The notes: a model not told the origin generated them from the letters alone. 64,000 nt of DNA from Abditibacterium sp. (GCA_965246885.1 OZ251992.1:1056001-1120000), one strand, 5' to 3'. Shown: positions 20,006 to 30,361, numbered from the stretch's first letter. Made by a program: numbers and translations.

Positions 20006-20689
20006 TCAGGTGGAAAGGTCAGTTTGCTCCCACTCAATTCCGGGCGACAGGCACCACGTCAAAGCGTGACGGCGCTCGTGCACAACGCCGCCGTGCAAGA
20101 TGGGGTGGAAGCCGTTTGGAACGGTGTTGCTGCCGAGTTGGGCGCTCCGCACGGCGTTATGCGCGCAGTAGAACAAGTCCTCCAAAGCGCGCACCTCGTC
20201 AACGGGGCGCGGCGAAAGTTCCGCTTGGAACTCCCGCAGGCTGCTTTCAAAGGGTGGCAGAAAACGGTGCAGTAGCTCGCTTTGAATAGCGGGCGCGATG
20301 ACATCCGCTTCGATGGCCGGTTGTTCCGCGAAGCCCATCACCCACGCGAGGGGCCAGATATTTTCTAATTTCCAGCCGATTGTGTCTTGGTACGCGGCGC
20401 GCGCCGCCGTGCGCTCTTGGGTGATAATGGCGCGCTCCTTGTCCGTGAGCGCCGCGCGCAAGTTGTTGGAATCCAAGAACTGCGTTACGGCGTCACCCGC
20501 CACAAACTCTTCGGGAACAGCAGCCCACGCGAATAACGCTTTGAGCGCGAGGGCGCGCGCCACGATCTCTTCGAGGGGGCGCAGATAATCGAAATCGCCG
20601 CCCGACAGGGGCAACCACTGCGCGACGCCAAAGCCGCGCCCTGCCAGCCATGAAAGCGAATGGTCGCGGATGCTTTGCGAGTTGGTCAT
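20006..20689 (-). CDS. DUF4272-like protein
   Basis: 'W-LE...LAWVMG', 'DLFYCAH-A', 'VVHERRHALTW'. Confidence 0.7.
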   Translation of the reverse strand: MTNSQSIRDHSLSWLAGRGFGVAQWLPLSGGDFDYLRPLEEIVARALALKALFAWAAVPEEFVAGDAVTQFLDSNNLRAALTDKERAIITQERTAARAAYQDTIGWKLENIWPLAWVMGFAEQPAIEADVIAPAIQSELLHRFLPPFESSLREFQAELSPRPVDEVRALEDLFYCAHNAVRSAQLGSNTVPNGFHPILHGGVVHERRHALTWCLSPGIEWEQTDLST

Positions 20690-20720
20690 GGGAATTCAAG
20701 GAAGCGCGCACCCGCAGTTT

Positions 20721-23609
20721 TCATTCCCCGCGCGCCCGTTTTTTGGCGCGGCGCAGGCGCTCCATCGCGTCTAATTCGGTCTCTTCTTCGACGGGCGCGG
20801 CGGTTTTGGGTTCGCTTTGCGCGGCGGGAGAAGGAGTTTGCGGCGCGTTGGCGACGGGCGGCGGGGCGTTGGCGGGGCGCACGGGCGCTTTGGGCACATT
20901 TCCGCTTGGCGGCGAGGCGGGCGCGGCGGCGCGTTTGGCATCGCGCTCGGCGCGAGCGGCACGAAGGCGGGCCGCATCGTCGCCCCGTTGCGGCTTTTCT
21001 TTGGGCGCGCGGTTGCGCAAGCGGTTCGAGAGAGCGGCCAATTGTTCTTCGCCAATGAGTAAGCGGCGCACGGCGACATCGAGCGGGAACAGGCACGCCG
21101 CCAACATGAGCAGGGGCAGCCAAATATCTACTGGCAAGCGCGCGGCGGTGCGCGGGCGGTTGAACACTTTGGGTGCGTCGCCCTCGAGTTTCAATATGTC
21201 GCCATTCGAGCGGTCAGCGATTTGGCGCAGGAGGAAGTCGTCCGTCCCGACTGAAGCGTATTCGGGCGAGTAGGGGAGCACGCCGCCGGTGATTTGCGAG
21301 CGCGTTTTGTCGCCGCTTTGGGTGCGGATGTTAACGAGATAGGTGCCCAGTTGCCGCGCATCGAAGCCCGCCTCGTAGCGGCCCGGCCCGGTTTGTTCGA
21401 GGTTGATGTCACTCGCTTTGTAGTCGGGTTTGATGAGGCGCGCTTTGGGGTTGAGGAAGTTGACGAAGTTGCCCTTCTCGTCAACGGCTTCGATGGAGAC
21501 TTTGCCGCGCCCCTTGTCTATCGAAACGTTGGTTTGCAAGTCGGCGCTCGTTGTGGTGCGCATCGCCCAGCGCACGGTCTGCGCCCAGTATTTCGAGTAG
21601 CCGCTCCAAGGCAGCCAGCCCGCGCTCCACCGGCGCCGCGCGTCGCTTGTCCACGCGACGGATTTGCCCAAGCCGTATTGCCACGTCGCCAAGATGGGGT
21701 CGTCTTCCTTGGACTTGAGTATCTGGCGCGCCGTCGTTTTCGGGCTGGTGGCGACGTAGCCGAGCAGGGGCGGTAAGCCGCCGATGCCTTTCAAGATGGT
21801 GCTTTCGGCGACGACCTTGGGCACAAAGGTATCCTCGACGATGGCGCTGCGGCTGACGGTGGCGGCTTCTTTAAGGAAGATATTGGGAATTTGCGAGGGG
21901 TTTTTGACCGAGTAGAAGCGCCCGCCATGCTCGCGAGCGATCTCCCACATGTTCTGGTTGCCGGACGGGTCGTGCGGCTGAATCACGATGGTCGAGACGG
22001 TAATCTTCGCGGCGTTGAACTTGGCGACAAGCGCAGGGGCGGGCGGCGAGGGATCGCCGTCGCTGAGGATGATGCAGTGTTTGAGGTAGGCTTTGGTGCC
22101 CATCAAGCCTTTGTAGGCCACTTCCAAGGCGGCGTCGAAGTCGGGCATGTCGCCGGGGTCAATGCCGCGAATGGCGGTCTGCATATAGCCGCGATTGGGG
22201 CCAACTTTGAGCATGCCGTTGCCGTTGAACACCATGTTGGCGTCCATGCCGAAGACGATTAGCCCCGCGTAATCTTGGTCGCCCAACTGCCGCACGACTT
22301 GGGTGCAAACCGACTTGGCCCAGTCGTTGCCCGACGGGAACTCGCAGGAGTGCATGATCATCGCAACGGCGCCGCCGGGGATGTATTGCATCTGCTTGAT
22401 GTCCATCGTGACCGGGAGGGTTTCTTCGATGGGCGTCGAGCGATAGCCGCCCGGCCCGTAGGACTGCTCGCCGCCGACCATCACGAGGCCGCAACCGAGA
22501 TCACGCACATACGATTGCAGCGACAGCATTTGCGTTCCCGACAACTCCCACGCGGGGATGTTGTCAAGCACGATGGCGTCATACGGCTGCATGCCGCGCA
22601 AATCGGCGGGGAGTCCCCCCGGCCCGCGCATTTCGACGTTGACCTTCTCCTTTTCAAGGGCGTCCGTCAGGAACTGGTCTTGGGTCGGGTCGTCGGAAAC
22701 GAGGAGAATGCGCGGCTTGCCTTGGACGTTGAGGAAGCCGAGCGCGCGGTTGTTTTCGGCGTTGGTATCGGCGCCTGTAGGCACTTCTAACTTGGCTTCA
22801 AAGGTCGAGGCCCCCGATTTCTTGACGGTTTGCGGGAAGGTAAAGACGTTCTTGCCCGCTTCCAGTTGGATGTCCCGCGAGCCGATGAGTTCGCCATCGC
22901 GGAAGAGGTTAATTTTGCCGGGGGTTGCTTGCGTGGCGCGCGCCACGACGCGCACTTCGATGGGTTCGCTAATTTTGGCCTCGTTGGGCATGGTGAGGCG
23001 TTCGAGGAGCACTTCGCGGCGCTGAGGAGACGCGAGCGAAACCACGTCTACCTTCACGCCGTTGGACGCCGCCGACAGCGCTTCTTGGCGCGCGTCGCCG
23101 AGGTTCTCGTTTCCATCGGACAAGACGACCAGCCGCTTTTGCGCGCCTTCGGGCAACCCCGCCATCGCCAAACGCATGGCGCCGGAAATGTCGGTGAACT
23201 CCGTCGGCACGACGGTTTTGATGCCCGAAATCGCCTTGGCCGCTTGTGGCGCCAGTTCGACATACGACTCGCGCCCGAACACCACGATGCCAAAGCGGTC
23301 GTCCTCCCGCTTGCCCGCCGCCGCCTTTTGGATGAAGTCCAGCGCGCGCGTCTTGGCTTCAGGAGAGACGGAGTCGGAGTAGTCAAGGACGAACATCGTT
23401 GCCAACTGCTCGTTGAAGCGCACCAACTGCGCCCCCGCAAGCGCGAACACAAGCAGCGACAGCACGAGGAGCCGCAGCGCCAGAGCCAAGTTGCGCCGCG
23501 CGGGACTCAGATCAGCCAGCGAGTGCCACGCCGTCCACCCGAAGAACAGCGCAAGCGGCGGCAGAAGCCACAGCGCGGCGGGATTGGAAAACGAAAAGGA
23601 GAAGGGCAT
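20721..23609 (-). CDS. Membrane-anchored VWA-domain protein with glutamine amidotransferase-like domain
   Basis: BatA-like N-terminus, MIDAS 'DYSDS', 'LSDG' twice, 'GLVMVGGEQSYGPGGY', 'WQYGLGKSVAWTSD'. Confidence 0.85.
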   Translation of the reverse strand: MPFSFSFSNPAALWLLPPLALFFGWTAWHSLADLSPARRNLALALRLLVLSLLVFALAGAQLVRFNEQLATMFVLDYSDSVSPEAKTRALDFIQKAAAGKREDDRFGIVVFGRESYVELAPQAAKAISGIKTVVPTEFTDISGAMRLAMAGLPEGAQKRLVVLSDGNENLGDARQEALSAASNGVKVDVVSLASPQRREVLLERLTMPNEAKISEPIEVRVVARATQATPGKINLFRDGELIGSRDIQLEAGKNVFTFPQTVKKSGASTFEAKLEVPTGADTNAENNRALGFLNVQGKPRILLVSDDPTQDQFLTDALEKEKVNVEMRGPGGLPADLRGMQPYDAIVLDNIPAWELSGTQMLSLQSYVRDLGCGLVMVGGEQSYGPGGYRSTPIEETLPVTMDIKQMQYIPGGAVAMIMHSCEFPSGNDWAKSVCTQVVRQLGDQDYAGLIVFGMDANMVFNGNGMLKVGPNRGYMQTAIRGIDPGDMPDFDAALEVAYKGLMGTKAYLKHCIILSDGDPSPPAPALVAKFNAAKITVSTIVIQPHDPSGNQNMWEIAREHGGRFYSVKNPSQIPNIFLKEAATVSRSAIVEDTFVPKVVAESTILKGIGGLPPLLGYVATSPKTTARQILKSKEDDPILATWQYGLGKSVAWTSDARRRWSAGWLPWSGYSKYWAQTVRWAMRTTTSADLQTNVSIDKGRGKVSIEAVDEKGNFVNFLNPKARLIKPDYKASDINLEQTGPGRYEAGFDARQLGTYLVNIRTQSGDKTRSQITGGVLPYSPEYASVGTDDFLLRQIADRSNGDILKLEGDAPKVFNRPRTAARLPVDIWLPLLMLAACLFPLDVAVRRLLIGEEQLAALSNRLRNRAPKEKPQRGDDAARLRAARAERDAKRAAAPASPPSGNVPKAPVRPANAPPPVANAPQTPSPAAQSEPKTAAPVEEETELDAMERLRRAKKRARGE

Positions 23610-23669
23610 CGGGGCGTCCGCGAAAACGGGAAAACGCGCAACGGGAAGTTTAGCCTTGCAGAGACAAAG

Positions 23670-24236
23670 CTATGAGCGCGTTATCCCGTCAATTTGCCGT
23701 TGTTGCCAGCGCACGATGCCGCGAATCCTGATGTCGCAGTCATCGCGCAACGAGTCCAATAGAATGCTTTGCTCGCTCGCCGGCAACGTGTCCGCGACGA
23801 GGACAGCTGCGTAGCGGCAATGTCCGCTTTGGCTACGCATTTCTGCCACAATGCGGGCACGAGTCGTTTGGGGAGGCAGACGTTTCATGGCAAGCGCCAA
23901 ATACCAGTCGGGTTCTCGCTCGGGATCAAAATAGAAGTCGAGCAACCAAGGCGCATCCTCTTCTTCAACGCACTCTGCCAACGCTTTGGAAACGGCACGG
24001 AGGATGCCGCCGCTCTGTCTGCGCTCTCGGATATTGGCGACGTAGCTTCGTAGAGCCGCGACCGATTCGCGGTCTCCCCACGCGCCCAGCGTTTGCGCCG
24101 CGACGGATTGCAGACCCTCATACGGGCCATGCAACGCCGCCAGCACGTTGTCACGTTCGGGCTTGCGCGGGCGGCTTGCCGCCCGCGCGCGCAGTTCGTC
24201 CACGCCGGCGCGAAAATTAACCGGGGGCCGCTTCAT
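23670..24236 (-). CDS. Hypothetical HEAT-repeat-like protein
   Basis: 'AAQTLGAWGDRESVAALR', 'LRDDCDIRIR'. Confidence 0.55.
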   Translation of the reverse strand: MKRPPVNFRAGVDELRARAASRPRKPERDNVLAALHGPYEGLQSVAAQTLGAWGDRESVAALRSYVANIRERRQSGGILRAVSKALAECVEEEDAPWLLDFYFDPEREPDWYLALAMKRLPPQTTRARIVAEMRSQSGHCRYAAVLVADTLPASEQSILLDSLRDDCDIRIRGIVRWQQRQIDGITRS

Positions 24237-24423
24237 CGTCCACTTCGTCTCCCGGCAACGCGCGTGGAGCTATGTCTTTCGCCTTGATGTGCTTGATGAT
24301 GCCATTTTCCGCCACGACAATCGAGCGCCCCATGCGGCGGTGTGTTTCGATGGCGTCGAGGACGGCTTCGCGCATAGTTTCTTCAATGAGTTCAAGGCGA
24401 GATTGAGTGCGTATTGCGTTCAT
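24217..24423 (-). CDS. Small partner protein of the zeta-toxin-like ATPase (putative antitoxin)
   Basis: ATGA overlap with the ATPase stop; 'AIETHRRMGRSIVVAENGII' pattern. Confidence 0.65.
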   Translation of the reverse strand: MNAIRTQSRLELIEETMREAVLDAIETHRRMGRSIVVAENGIIKHIKAKDIAPRALPGDEVDDEAAPG

Positions 24424-24979
24424 TCGAGTTTTCCTTGGGATATGACTTCCCATATTTGTGGTTGTAGTATTTCCACTTCGCCGTCGTCCATGCGAGCGAT
24501 AGTGACGGAGACGGGTGGCGTGTTGTCAACGATTGTCCATCGGTCGGCCAACTCCGAATACAAATCGAAGAAGTTGGCGCGTCCGCGTTCGTAGCGGCGA
24601 CGGATAATGTCTTCGGGAATGTTGTGACCGCCGCTTTGAACGCGCTTAGCGACGCGCGCGACGGCTAAATCGGCGCTTTCGAGCCACACATAAATCAAGA
24701 TGAACCGATAGACCGCCGCTTTGCACCGCCGCACAAAGGGCGTGAGGGTGCGCGAGGCGAGTGTTGTTTCGAGCGCGAAATCGTCGCCAGCCGCCAAGCG
24801 TGCGTCCATTTCTTCGAGCATAACCCGGCCCGCCGCCCGCGCCGCGTCCACGGGCTAAGTCCCTGTGCGATCATATCCGCGTTGATGAAGTGTGTCACGC
24901 CCAAAGCCGGAAACACGCGCATGGCCGTCGTCGTTTTTCCCGCCCCGTTCGGGCCACCGATGATGTAAAGATCAGGCAT
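24420..24979 (-). pseudogene. Zeta-toxin-like P-loop ATPase, frameshifted near 24851
   Basis: Frame 1 'IIGGPNGAGKTT...FINAD-IAQGLSP'; frame 2 'AGR...FALETTLASR...RVQSGGHNIPEDIIRRRY'. Confidence 0.8.
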
Positions 24980-24987
24980 TGCGCCTT

Positions 24988-25245
24988 TTATTCTCCCCAA
25001 CTTTTGCGAATCAAACGGCGCGTAACGAAGAATCCGCCCACAAATATGGGCGCCACAACCCAACCGAGTTGCGTATCGGGGTTAGAAATGCCGAAGCGGT
25101 CGAAAAGCCAGAAGCAGACCGCAAAGTAGCCAACGAAAATTGGCCAAACAACAGCATCTGGGAGAATCGCGAGAACGCCCCAGAAGAAATTGATAAAGAA
25201 GTTGCTCTTGCGAGCGGGTGGTGTCGGGAGGTTTGGTTCTTTCAT
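24988..25245 (-). CDS. Small membrane protein (2 TM)
   Basis: ATGA overlap with the ppa stop; two hydrophobic segments. Confidence 0.6.
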   Translation of the reverse strand: MKEPNLPTPPARKSNFFINFFWGVLAILPDAVVWPIFVGYFAVCFWLFDRFGISNPDTQLGWVVAPIFVGGFFVTRRLIRKSWGE

Positions 25246-25799
25246 GCTTCCTCTTGGACAAACGCCGCCACTGCGCGCTCCACTAACTCGTTCGCGTAAT
25301 CGCGTCCAAAGCGGCCCGTGACGCGGACATCGTGGCCCTCGAAGCGGTTGTAGCCGAGCAGGAAGTCCTCGATTTCGCGGAGCAATCGCTCGCTGAGGTC
25401 GCCGATGTCTTGAATTTCGCTCCAATGACTTCCGGCGCCCGCTTTGGTGACGGGCACGGCGAGCAGACGGTCGTTGGTTTGGCCGTTCTTGATGTAACCC
25501 AGCACGCCGACGAGCCGCGCCGCGACGAGACAGCCGGGGAAAGTGCCTTGCTCAATGAGAAGGCACACGTCAAGCGGGTCGCCGTCGTCGGCCAAGGTTT
25601 GCGGCACGAAGCCGAAGTCGCACGGCCACATTAGACCGGCAGGCAGAGTGCGCGACCACTCGAAAACGCCGTGTTCTTCGTTGAGGGCGAACTTGTGGCG
25701 CGCGCCCTTGGGCGTTTCGACGACGACGTTGAGCGCATACGGCGTGCGCGGCAGTTTATTGGTGGGCGCGAAGCGCGGGGGAATGGAGTGGAAGTGCAT
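25242..25799 (-). CDS. ppa: Family I inorganic pyrophosphatase-like protein (divergent active site)
   Basis: 'VETPKG', 'FGFVPQTLADDGDPLD'. Confidence 0.85.
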   Translation of the reverse strand: MHFHSIPPRFAPTNKLPRTPYALNVVVETPKGARHKFALNEEHGVFEWSRTLPAGLMWPCDFGFVPQTLADDGDPLDVCLLIEQGTFPGCLVAARLVGVLGYIKNGQTNDRLLAVPVTKAGAGSHWSEIQDIGDLSERLLREIEDFLLGYNRFEGHDVRVTGRFGRDYANELVERAVAAFVQEEA

Positions 25800-25805
25800 G
25801 GGAAG

Positions 25806-26744
25806 TTAAAAACGGAATTTCTGCACGCGGTCGTTGTTGGTGTCGGCTACATAAACCGTGCCGTCTTTGTCCACGCTCAGGCCCCAAGGGTTGGCGAACT
25901 GTCCCGGCAAGCGCCCCGGACTGCCCCAAGTGCCCAGCCATGTCTTGCCGTCGCTCGACCACTTCTGGACGCGGTGCAAAGAGTATTCGACGGTGTAGAT
26001 TAACCCCGCGCCATCCACCGCGACGCCGTAAGGGTAGGTGAGTTGCCCGTTTGCGCGGCCCCGCGTGGAAAACTGGCCTTTGTAAGCACCCGTTTGCTTG
26101 TCGAGAATTTGGATGCGGTGGTTGCCGATGTCGGCGACAAGCAGGTCGCCCGCTTTGGAAATGGCCAGCCCGCACGGGCGGCGGAATTGGCGCGGGCCTT
26201 CGCCGTGTCCCGGCCAAGAGGCAAGCAGCTTGCCGCCTTTTGTCCACTTGGAAACGCGGTCGAAAGTGCCGCCGTAATCCGAGCAATAAAGGTTGCCATC
26301 GCTGTCATGGGTGATGCCCGTCACGAGCAAGAACTGGCCCGCTCCTGTACCGTAGGAGCCGAACTGCGACTTGAGTTTGCCGGTCGGAGAATAGATGAGG
26401 ACGCGCGAAGCATGGGTGTTGGTAACGGCCAAGTCGCCGTCGGGTAGGTCGGTGATGCCTTCTGGCCCCTCGAAGCGCCCGTTGTGGAGGACGGGCGCGA
26501 CCCAGTTCTGCACGCAGTGGCCAGCTTTCGTCCACTTCGAGATGCGCGAAGCGCGGTCGGCGACGTACACGAAGCCGTCGCGCGCCACGACAATGGCGCG
26601 CGGCCCCTTGAACTGGCCCAGCTTCGCGCCCTGATTGCCCCACACCTGCGAAGGGGTTTGCGTCGGCGCACTCGGCGTGCGGTGACAGCCGCCCAGCAAC
26701 AGGCACCCCCCCAAGAGAAAGGCGCCAAGGAAGCCGCGCATCAC
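25806..26744 (-). CDS. NHL-repeat beta-propeller lipoprotein
   Basis: Lipobox-like 'LLLGGC'; repeated 'GQF--P-G-AV...VYVADT-N-RVQKF'. Confidence 0.85.
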   Translation of the reverse strand: MMRGFLGAFLLGGCLLLGGCHRTPSAPTQTPSQVWGNQGAKLGQFKGPRAIVVARDGFVYVADRASRISKWTKAGHCVQNWVAPVLHNGRFEGPEGITDLPDGDLAVTNTHASRVLIYSPTGKLKSQFGSYGTGAGQFLLVTGITHDSDGNLYCSDYGGTFDRVSKWTKGGKLLASWPGHGEGPRQFRRPCGLAISKAGDLLVADIGNHRIQILDKQTGAYKGQFSTRGRANGQLTYPYGVAVDGAGLIYTVEYSLHRVQKWSSDGKTWLGTWGSPGRLPGQFANPWGLSVDKDGTVYVADTNNDRVQKFRF

Positions 26745-27400
26745 GCTTTCACCGCCTTAAGAATCCGAAAACCGGCGCGCATTTCGACGGTTTCGCACGC
26801 GCCAAACTGCGCTTCCAAACGTTTGGCCCACGATTTGGCGCCTTGCGCGGTGCGAATCACCGCCCACAATTGGCCGTTCCGTTTCAAGCAACGGTGCGCG
26901 CCCTCAAAAAGTGAGGCGATAACCGCGTTTCCGGCGCGGATGGGCGGGTTGCACGCGACGACATCAAAGACTTCGGAGCGGCACGCGCTCAGTCCGTCGG
27001 CGCACCACAGGGAGGCATTAGATATTTGGTTGCGTGCGAAATTGAGGGCCGCAACCTGAACGGCGCGCGGATTGACATCGAGGGCAAAGACAAAATGGTC
27101 GGGGTGCGTCTTCGCCCACAGCGCGCCGACGGCGCCCCAACCGCAGCCCAAATCACACACGCGGGCGGCGGGTGGAAAGTCGCCGTGCAAATGTAGTGTT
27201 TCTAACAGTAGACGGGAGCCTTCGTCGAGTTCCGCCCGCGAAAAGAGGCCCGCTCCCGTTAAGAATTGCAACCCTTGCCCCGCAAATTCGAGCGCCAAAA
27301 GCTGTTCTTTTTCCAAGTCGGCGGGCGAAAGCGGGGCCGTTTCGCGTGAAAAGTAGTGATTCGTTTTGGTGCGAGGCGGGAAGGGCGGAGCGGGCGTCAT
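26741..27400 (-). CDS. RsmC/MTS-family small methyltransferase
   Basis: 'HYFS', 'GLFS...D-GSRLL', 'DLGCGWG', 'NPPIRAG'. Confidence 0.88.
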   Translation of the reverse strand: MTPAPPFPPRTKTNHYFSRETAPLSPADLEKEQLLALEFAGQGLQFLTGAGLFSRAELDEGSRLLLETLHLHGDFPPAARVCDLGCGWGAVGALWAKTHPDHFVFALDVNPRAVQVAALNFARNQISNASLWCADGLSACRSEVFDVVACNPPIRAGNAVIASLFEGAHRCLKRNGQLWAVIRTAQGAKSWAKRLEAQFGACETVEMRAGFRILKAVKA

Positions 27401-27640
27401 TTTGATCTGAACAAGTGTGCGGGATGGGGGTTACAAAGCGGCGCGGATGTGATAAAGTGCCTCCTCATGTTTGGGGCACTCAATTTGCCTTGGCGCTTGG
27501 AAGAACAAAGCAGGGAGGCCGCGCGTCCCTTCCAACTGTTGAAACGCGGCGCCCTGTTGTGGTTAAAAGTGTTGGCCAGAGCACCCAAAGTGCGGCAGGC
27601 GCGTCTACAACCTTATTTGCAAGAACCACACAAGGACATA

Positions 27641-28396
27641 ATGAGCAAAGATTTAACTGTCCTGCTTGGCGGGTGGGACTATAACCCGAACGAAGTGACC
27701 GTGCGCCGCATCATCGGCATGGACGGACGCGAAAAGATACAAATGCGCCTCGATTTGGGCATCCTCCAAATGGAAACAAGCGGTCGCCCCGACGGGAAGC
27801 GGCCTCACGGCTTCGAGTCGCTCTTAGAATACCAACTCGCCCAGAAAGAGTTGGCCGACCAAGATTCCCTCGACCGATGGAGCGAATGGACGCTCGACGC
27901 CGAAGCGTGCGCCGACCTGAAACAAGAAGCGATGCAGTACTACTACCGCTACTTGTCCCTCTTCCATCTGGGCGATTACCGCGACGTCATGCGCGACACC
28001 TCGCGCAACATCGCCGTCTTCGACCTCATCCGCGACTGCGCCGAGGACGAGAACGACCGCATGTCCCTCGAACAGTTCCGGCCTTACGTCCTGATGATGA
28101 ACGCGCGCGCCAAAGCGTGCCTGTCGCTCGAAGAGAAGCGCTACGACCAAGCGATGAACATCATCGAAGAGGGCGTCGAGGCCATCCGGGGCTTCTTTCA
28201 CGATGTCGAGCGCGACGACCTGACCGAGTCGTGCCGCGAAATCCAGTTCCTCGAAGAGTGGCGCGAAAGGATCCAAAACAACCGCCCGCTCACCGCCGTT
28301 GACCGCATCCGCCGCGAACTGTCCCTCGCCGTCGCGTCCGAGGATTACGAGCGCGCCGCCGAACTGCGCGACCAACTGCGAGCCATCGTGGTTTAG
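27641..28396 (+). CDS. UvrB/UvrC (UVR) motif-containing protein
   Basis: 'QMRLDLGILQME-GRPDG-RP'; C-terminal 'LAVASEDYERAAELRDQL'; SD AAGGA. Confidence 0.85.
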   Translation: MSKDLTVLLGGWDYNPNEVTVRRIIGMDGREKIQMRLDLGILQMETSGRPDGKRPHGFESLLEYQLAQKELADQDSLDRWSEWTLDAEACADLKQEAMQYYYRYLSLFHLGDYRDVMRDTSRNIAVFDLIRDCAEDENDRMSLEQFRPYVLMMNARAKACLSLEEKRYDQAMNIIEEGVEAIRGFFHDVERDDLTESCREIQFLEEWRERIQNNRPLTAVDRIRRELSLAVASEDYERAAELRDQLRAIVV

Positions 28397-28411
28397 TCGG
28401 CCCGCTAACGA

Positions 28412-28449
28412 CAAGCGCCCGATAGACACCGGTGTCCATCGGGCGCTTG
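28412..28449. terminator. Hairpin between convergent genes, related to the CCGATGGACAC repeat family
   Basis: CAAGCGCCCGATAGACAC-CG-GTGTCCATCGGGCGCTTG. Confidence 0.6.
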
Positions 28450-28456
28450 CTTTCCT

Positions 28457-29434
28457 CTACCCCAACAACTCCCGATACCACGCGACGCTCTCCCCCAAAC
28501 CGCGCGCCAAGCTCCACTCTGGCGTCCAGCCAAGTTCCGCGTGGGCTTTGCTCGCATCAAGGCTTTGGTCTTTGATTTCGTTTGGGGCCTCGTTCAATAT
28601 CTTCGGCTCCAAGTCGGCCCGCCCACACGCGAGGGTGATTTGCCGCACTAAGTCCGCCACCGAAACAGGGGCGTTGTGGCCGAAGTTGAACGCTTGGCCC
28701 GCCAACTCGCGCTTCTGCGCCATTTGCTCCGCGAGCGAGACATACGCGCTCACGCCGTCGGCGACGTAGATATAGTCCCGTAAACTCTTGCCATCCGAGC
28801 GAATCACCGGCGTTTGACCGCGCAGGACGGAGCGGATGGTGCCGGGAACGATGCGATTCCAGTTCAAATCCCCCGGCCCATAAAAGTTGCCGCACCGCGT
28901 GACGGCGACGGGCGTGCCATAGGTGGCAAAATACGTTTGAGCGATGAGGTCGGCGCACGACTTCGAGACGGCGTACGGCTGACGCCCTTCCAAGCGCGCG
29001 CTCTCGGTGTACGGCAATTGCTCCTGTTCGCCGTAGGCTTTGTCGCTGGACGCGAGGATTATCTGCCGAACGTGCGGCAACGTGCGGCACGCTTCGAGCA
29101 GGCGCCACGTGCCGCCGATGTTCGTTTCAAACGTCGTCGTCGGATCGAGATTGGCGGGGCCAACGAGGGTCTGCGCGGCGAGATGAAACACCGTGTTCAC
29201 TTCATATTCCGCAAGGGAGCGGCGCAGTAAACTCTCGTCGCGGCAGTCGCCGCGCACTTCGATGGCGCGGCGTCCCAACCCTTCGCCCACCCACTGAGAG
29301 TGCGGGTTAGCATCCCTCACGAGCGCGACCACTGTCGCCCCCGCGTCCAACAGCGCGCGGCCCAAATGTCCGCCGAGCAAACCCGTCGCACCCGTCAGCA
29401 TCACGGGCCGGTCGCGCCAAAAATGCGAGTTCAT
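28457..29434 (-). CDS. NAD-dependent epimerase/dehydratase (CDP-glucose 4,6-dehydratase-like)
   Basis: 'TGATGLLG', 'HLAAQ', 'SSDKAYG', 'YAVSK', 'GNFYGPGD'. Confidence 0.9.
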   Translation of the reverse strand: MNSHFWRDRPVMLTGATGLLGGHLGRALLDAGATVVALVRDANPHSQWVGEGLGRRAIEVRGDCRDESLLRRSLAEYEVNTVFHLAAQTLVGPANLDPTTTFETNIGGTWRLLEACRTLPHVRQIILASSDKAYGEQEQLPYTESARLEGRQPYAVSKSCADLIAQTYFATYGTPVAVTRCGNFYGPGDLNWNRIVPGTIRSVLRGQTPVIRSDGKSLRDYIYVADGVSAYVSLAEQMAQKRELAGQAFNFGHNAPVSVADLVRQITLACGRADLEPKILNEAPNEIKDQSLDASKAHAELGWTPEWSLARGLGESVAWYRELLG

Positions 29435-29460
29435 GCGGGACATAGTGTGAGCCACAAAAG

Positions 29461-29577
29461 AGTTTTAGCCACCGATGGACACGGAAAACACGGATGCAAG
29501 CGAGAGATTCCGAGAGATCATTTCCTCAATCCATCCGAAATCATCTGTGTCTTCTGTGTCCATCGGTGGATAAAACT
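29461..29577. repeat. Palindromic repeat, ACC(A/G)(C)AGATGGACAC family
   Basis: AGTTTTAGCCACCGATGGACACGG...CTGTGTCCATCGGTGGATAAAACT. Confidence 0.85.
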
Positions 29578-29580
29578 TCC

Positions 29581-30321
29581 TTAAAGCCTTCTGAGCCGAG
29601 TGCGCAGCATAAAAGCCGCCGTCTGACGGCCTGAGCGGAGCGCGATTTTCCACAATTTGCTCGAATGAAGCGAAACGACGCCGGTTTTGCGGTTCTCGTG
29701 GGGAACATTGCGGTTGGTGACGCGTCGGGTGTTCCTTCCGAACACCCCCGAAATTAGCAGGTTGGGCGCGAAGGTGTCGTCGGGGATGGCCGCCACAATC
29801 GGCGCCAGCTTGTTCGCCCTCATCAACCGATACGGCACGTTCACGTCGCGCACGCCGCGCCCAAACAGGAGGCGCACCACCACGCGCGACCCCGCCGATA
29901 ACACCTGCCGCCCCGCGTCCTGCTCGCGGTGCCAGCGCACCCCGAAAATCGCGTCGTAGCGTTCCCTCTGCTCCCAAAAGGCCGCGAAAGCGTCCGGTTG
30001 CATTTCATCGTCGGAGTCCACCTGAAACACCCAGTCGGCGCGCGCGACGGCTTCGCGGTAGCCCATTAGAATCGTTGGCCCGTGCCCGGAGTTCGCTTTG
30101 TTGACGACCGTCACGCGCGGGTCGTCCGCGAACTGCTCCAACACGCGCGCCGTATCGTCTTTGGAGCCGTCGTTGAGCACCAGCAATTCGGCGTTGATAT
30201 TTAGTTCATCGAATGTGTCGCGCCATTTCTCGACCACGCCCGCGATGCAGTCGGCCTCGTTATAAACCGGCATGACCAGTATCAGGTCGCGCCGCGCGCG
30301 GGTTTGGGGTTCGTTGAACAT
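29581..30321 (-). CDS. Glycosyltransferase family 2
   Basis: 'VMPVYNE', 'NDGSKD', 'NSGHG', 'VDSD'. Confidence 0.9.
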   Translation of the reverse strand: MFNEPQTRARRDLILVMPVYNEADCIAGVVEKWRDTFDELNINAELLVLNDGSKDDTARVLEQFADDPRVTVVNKANSGHGPTILMGYREAVARADWVFQVDSDDEMQPDAFAAFWEQRERYDAIFGVRWHREQDAGRQVLSAGSRVVVRLLFGRGVRDVNVPYRLMRANKLAPIVAAIPDDTFAPNLLISGVFGRNTRRVTNRNVPHENRKTGVVSLHSSKLWKIALRSGRQTAAFMLRTRLRRL

Positions 30322-30361
30322 TGGATGGAGCCAGTTTATTTTGACAGACGCGCCAGAATTC

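Noticed and set aside
24845..24860. Programmed frameshift in the zeta-like ATPase
   Set aside because: No slippery heptamer or homopolymer at the junction; a small deletion or sequencing error is simpler.
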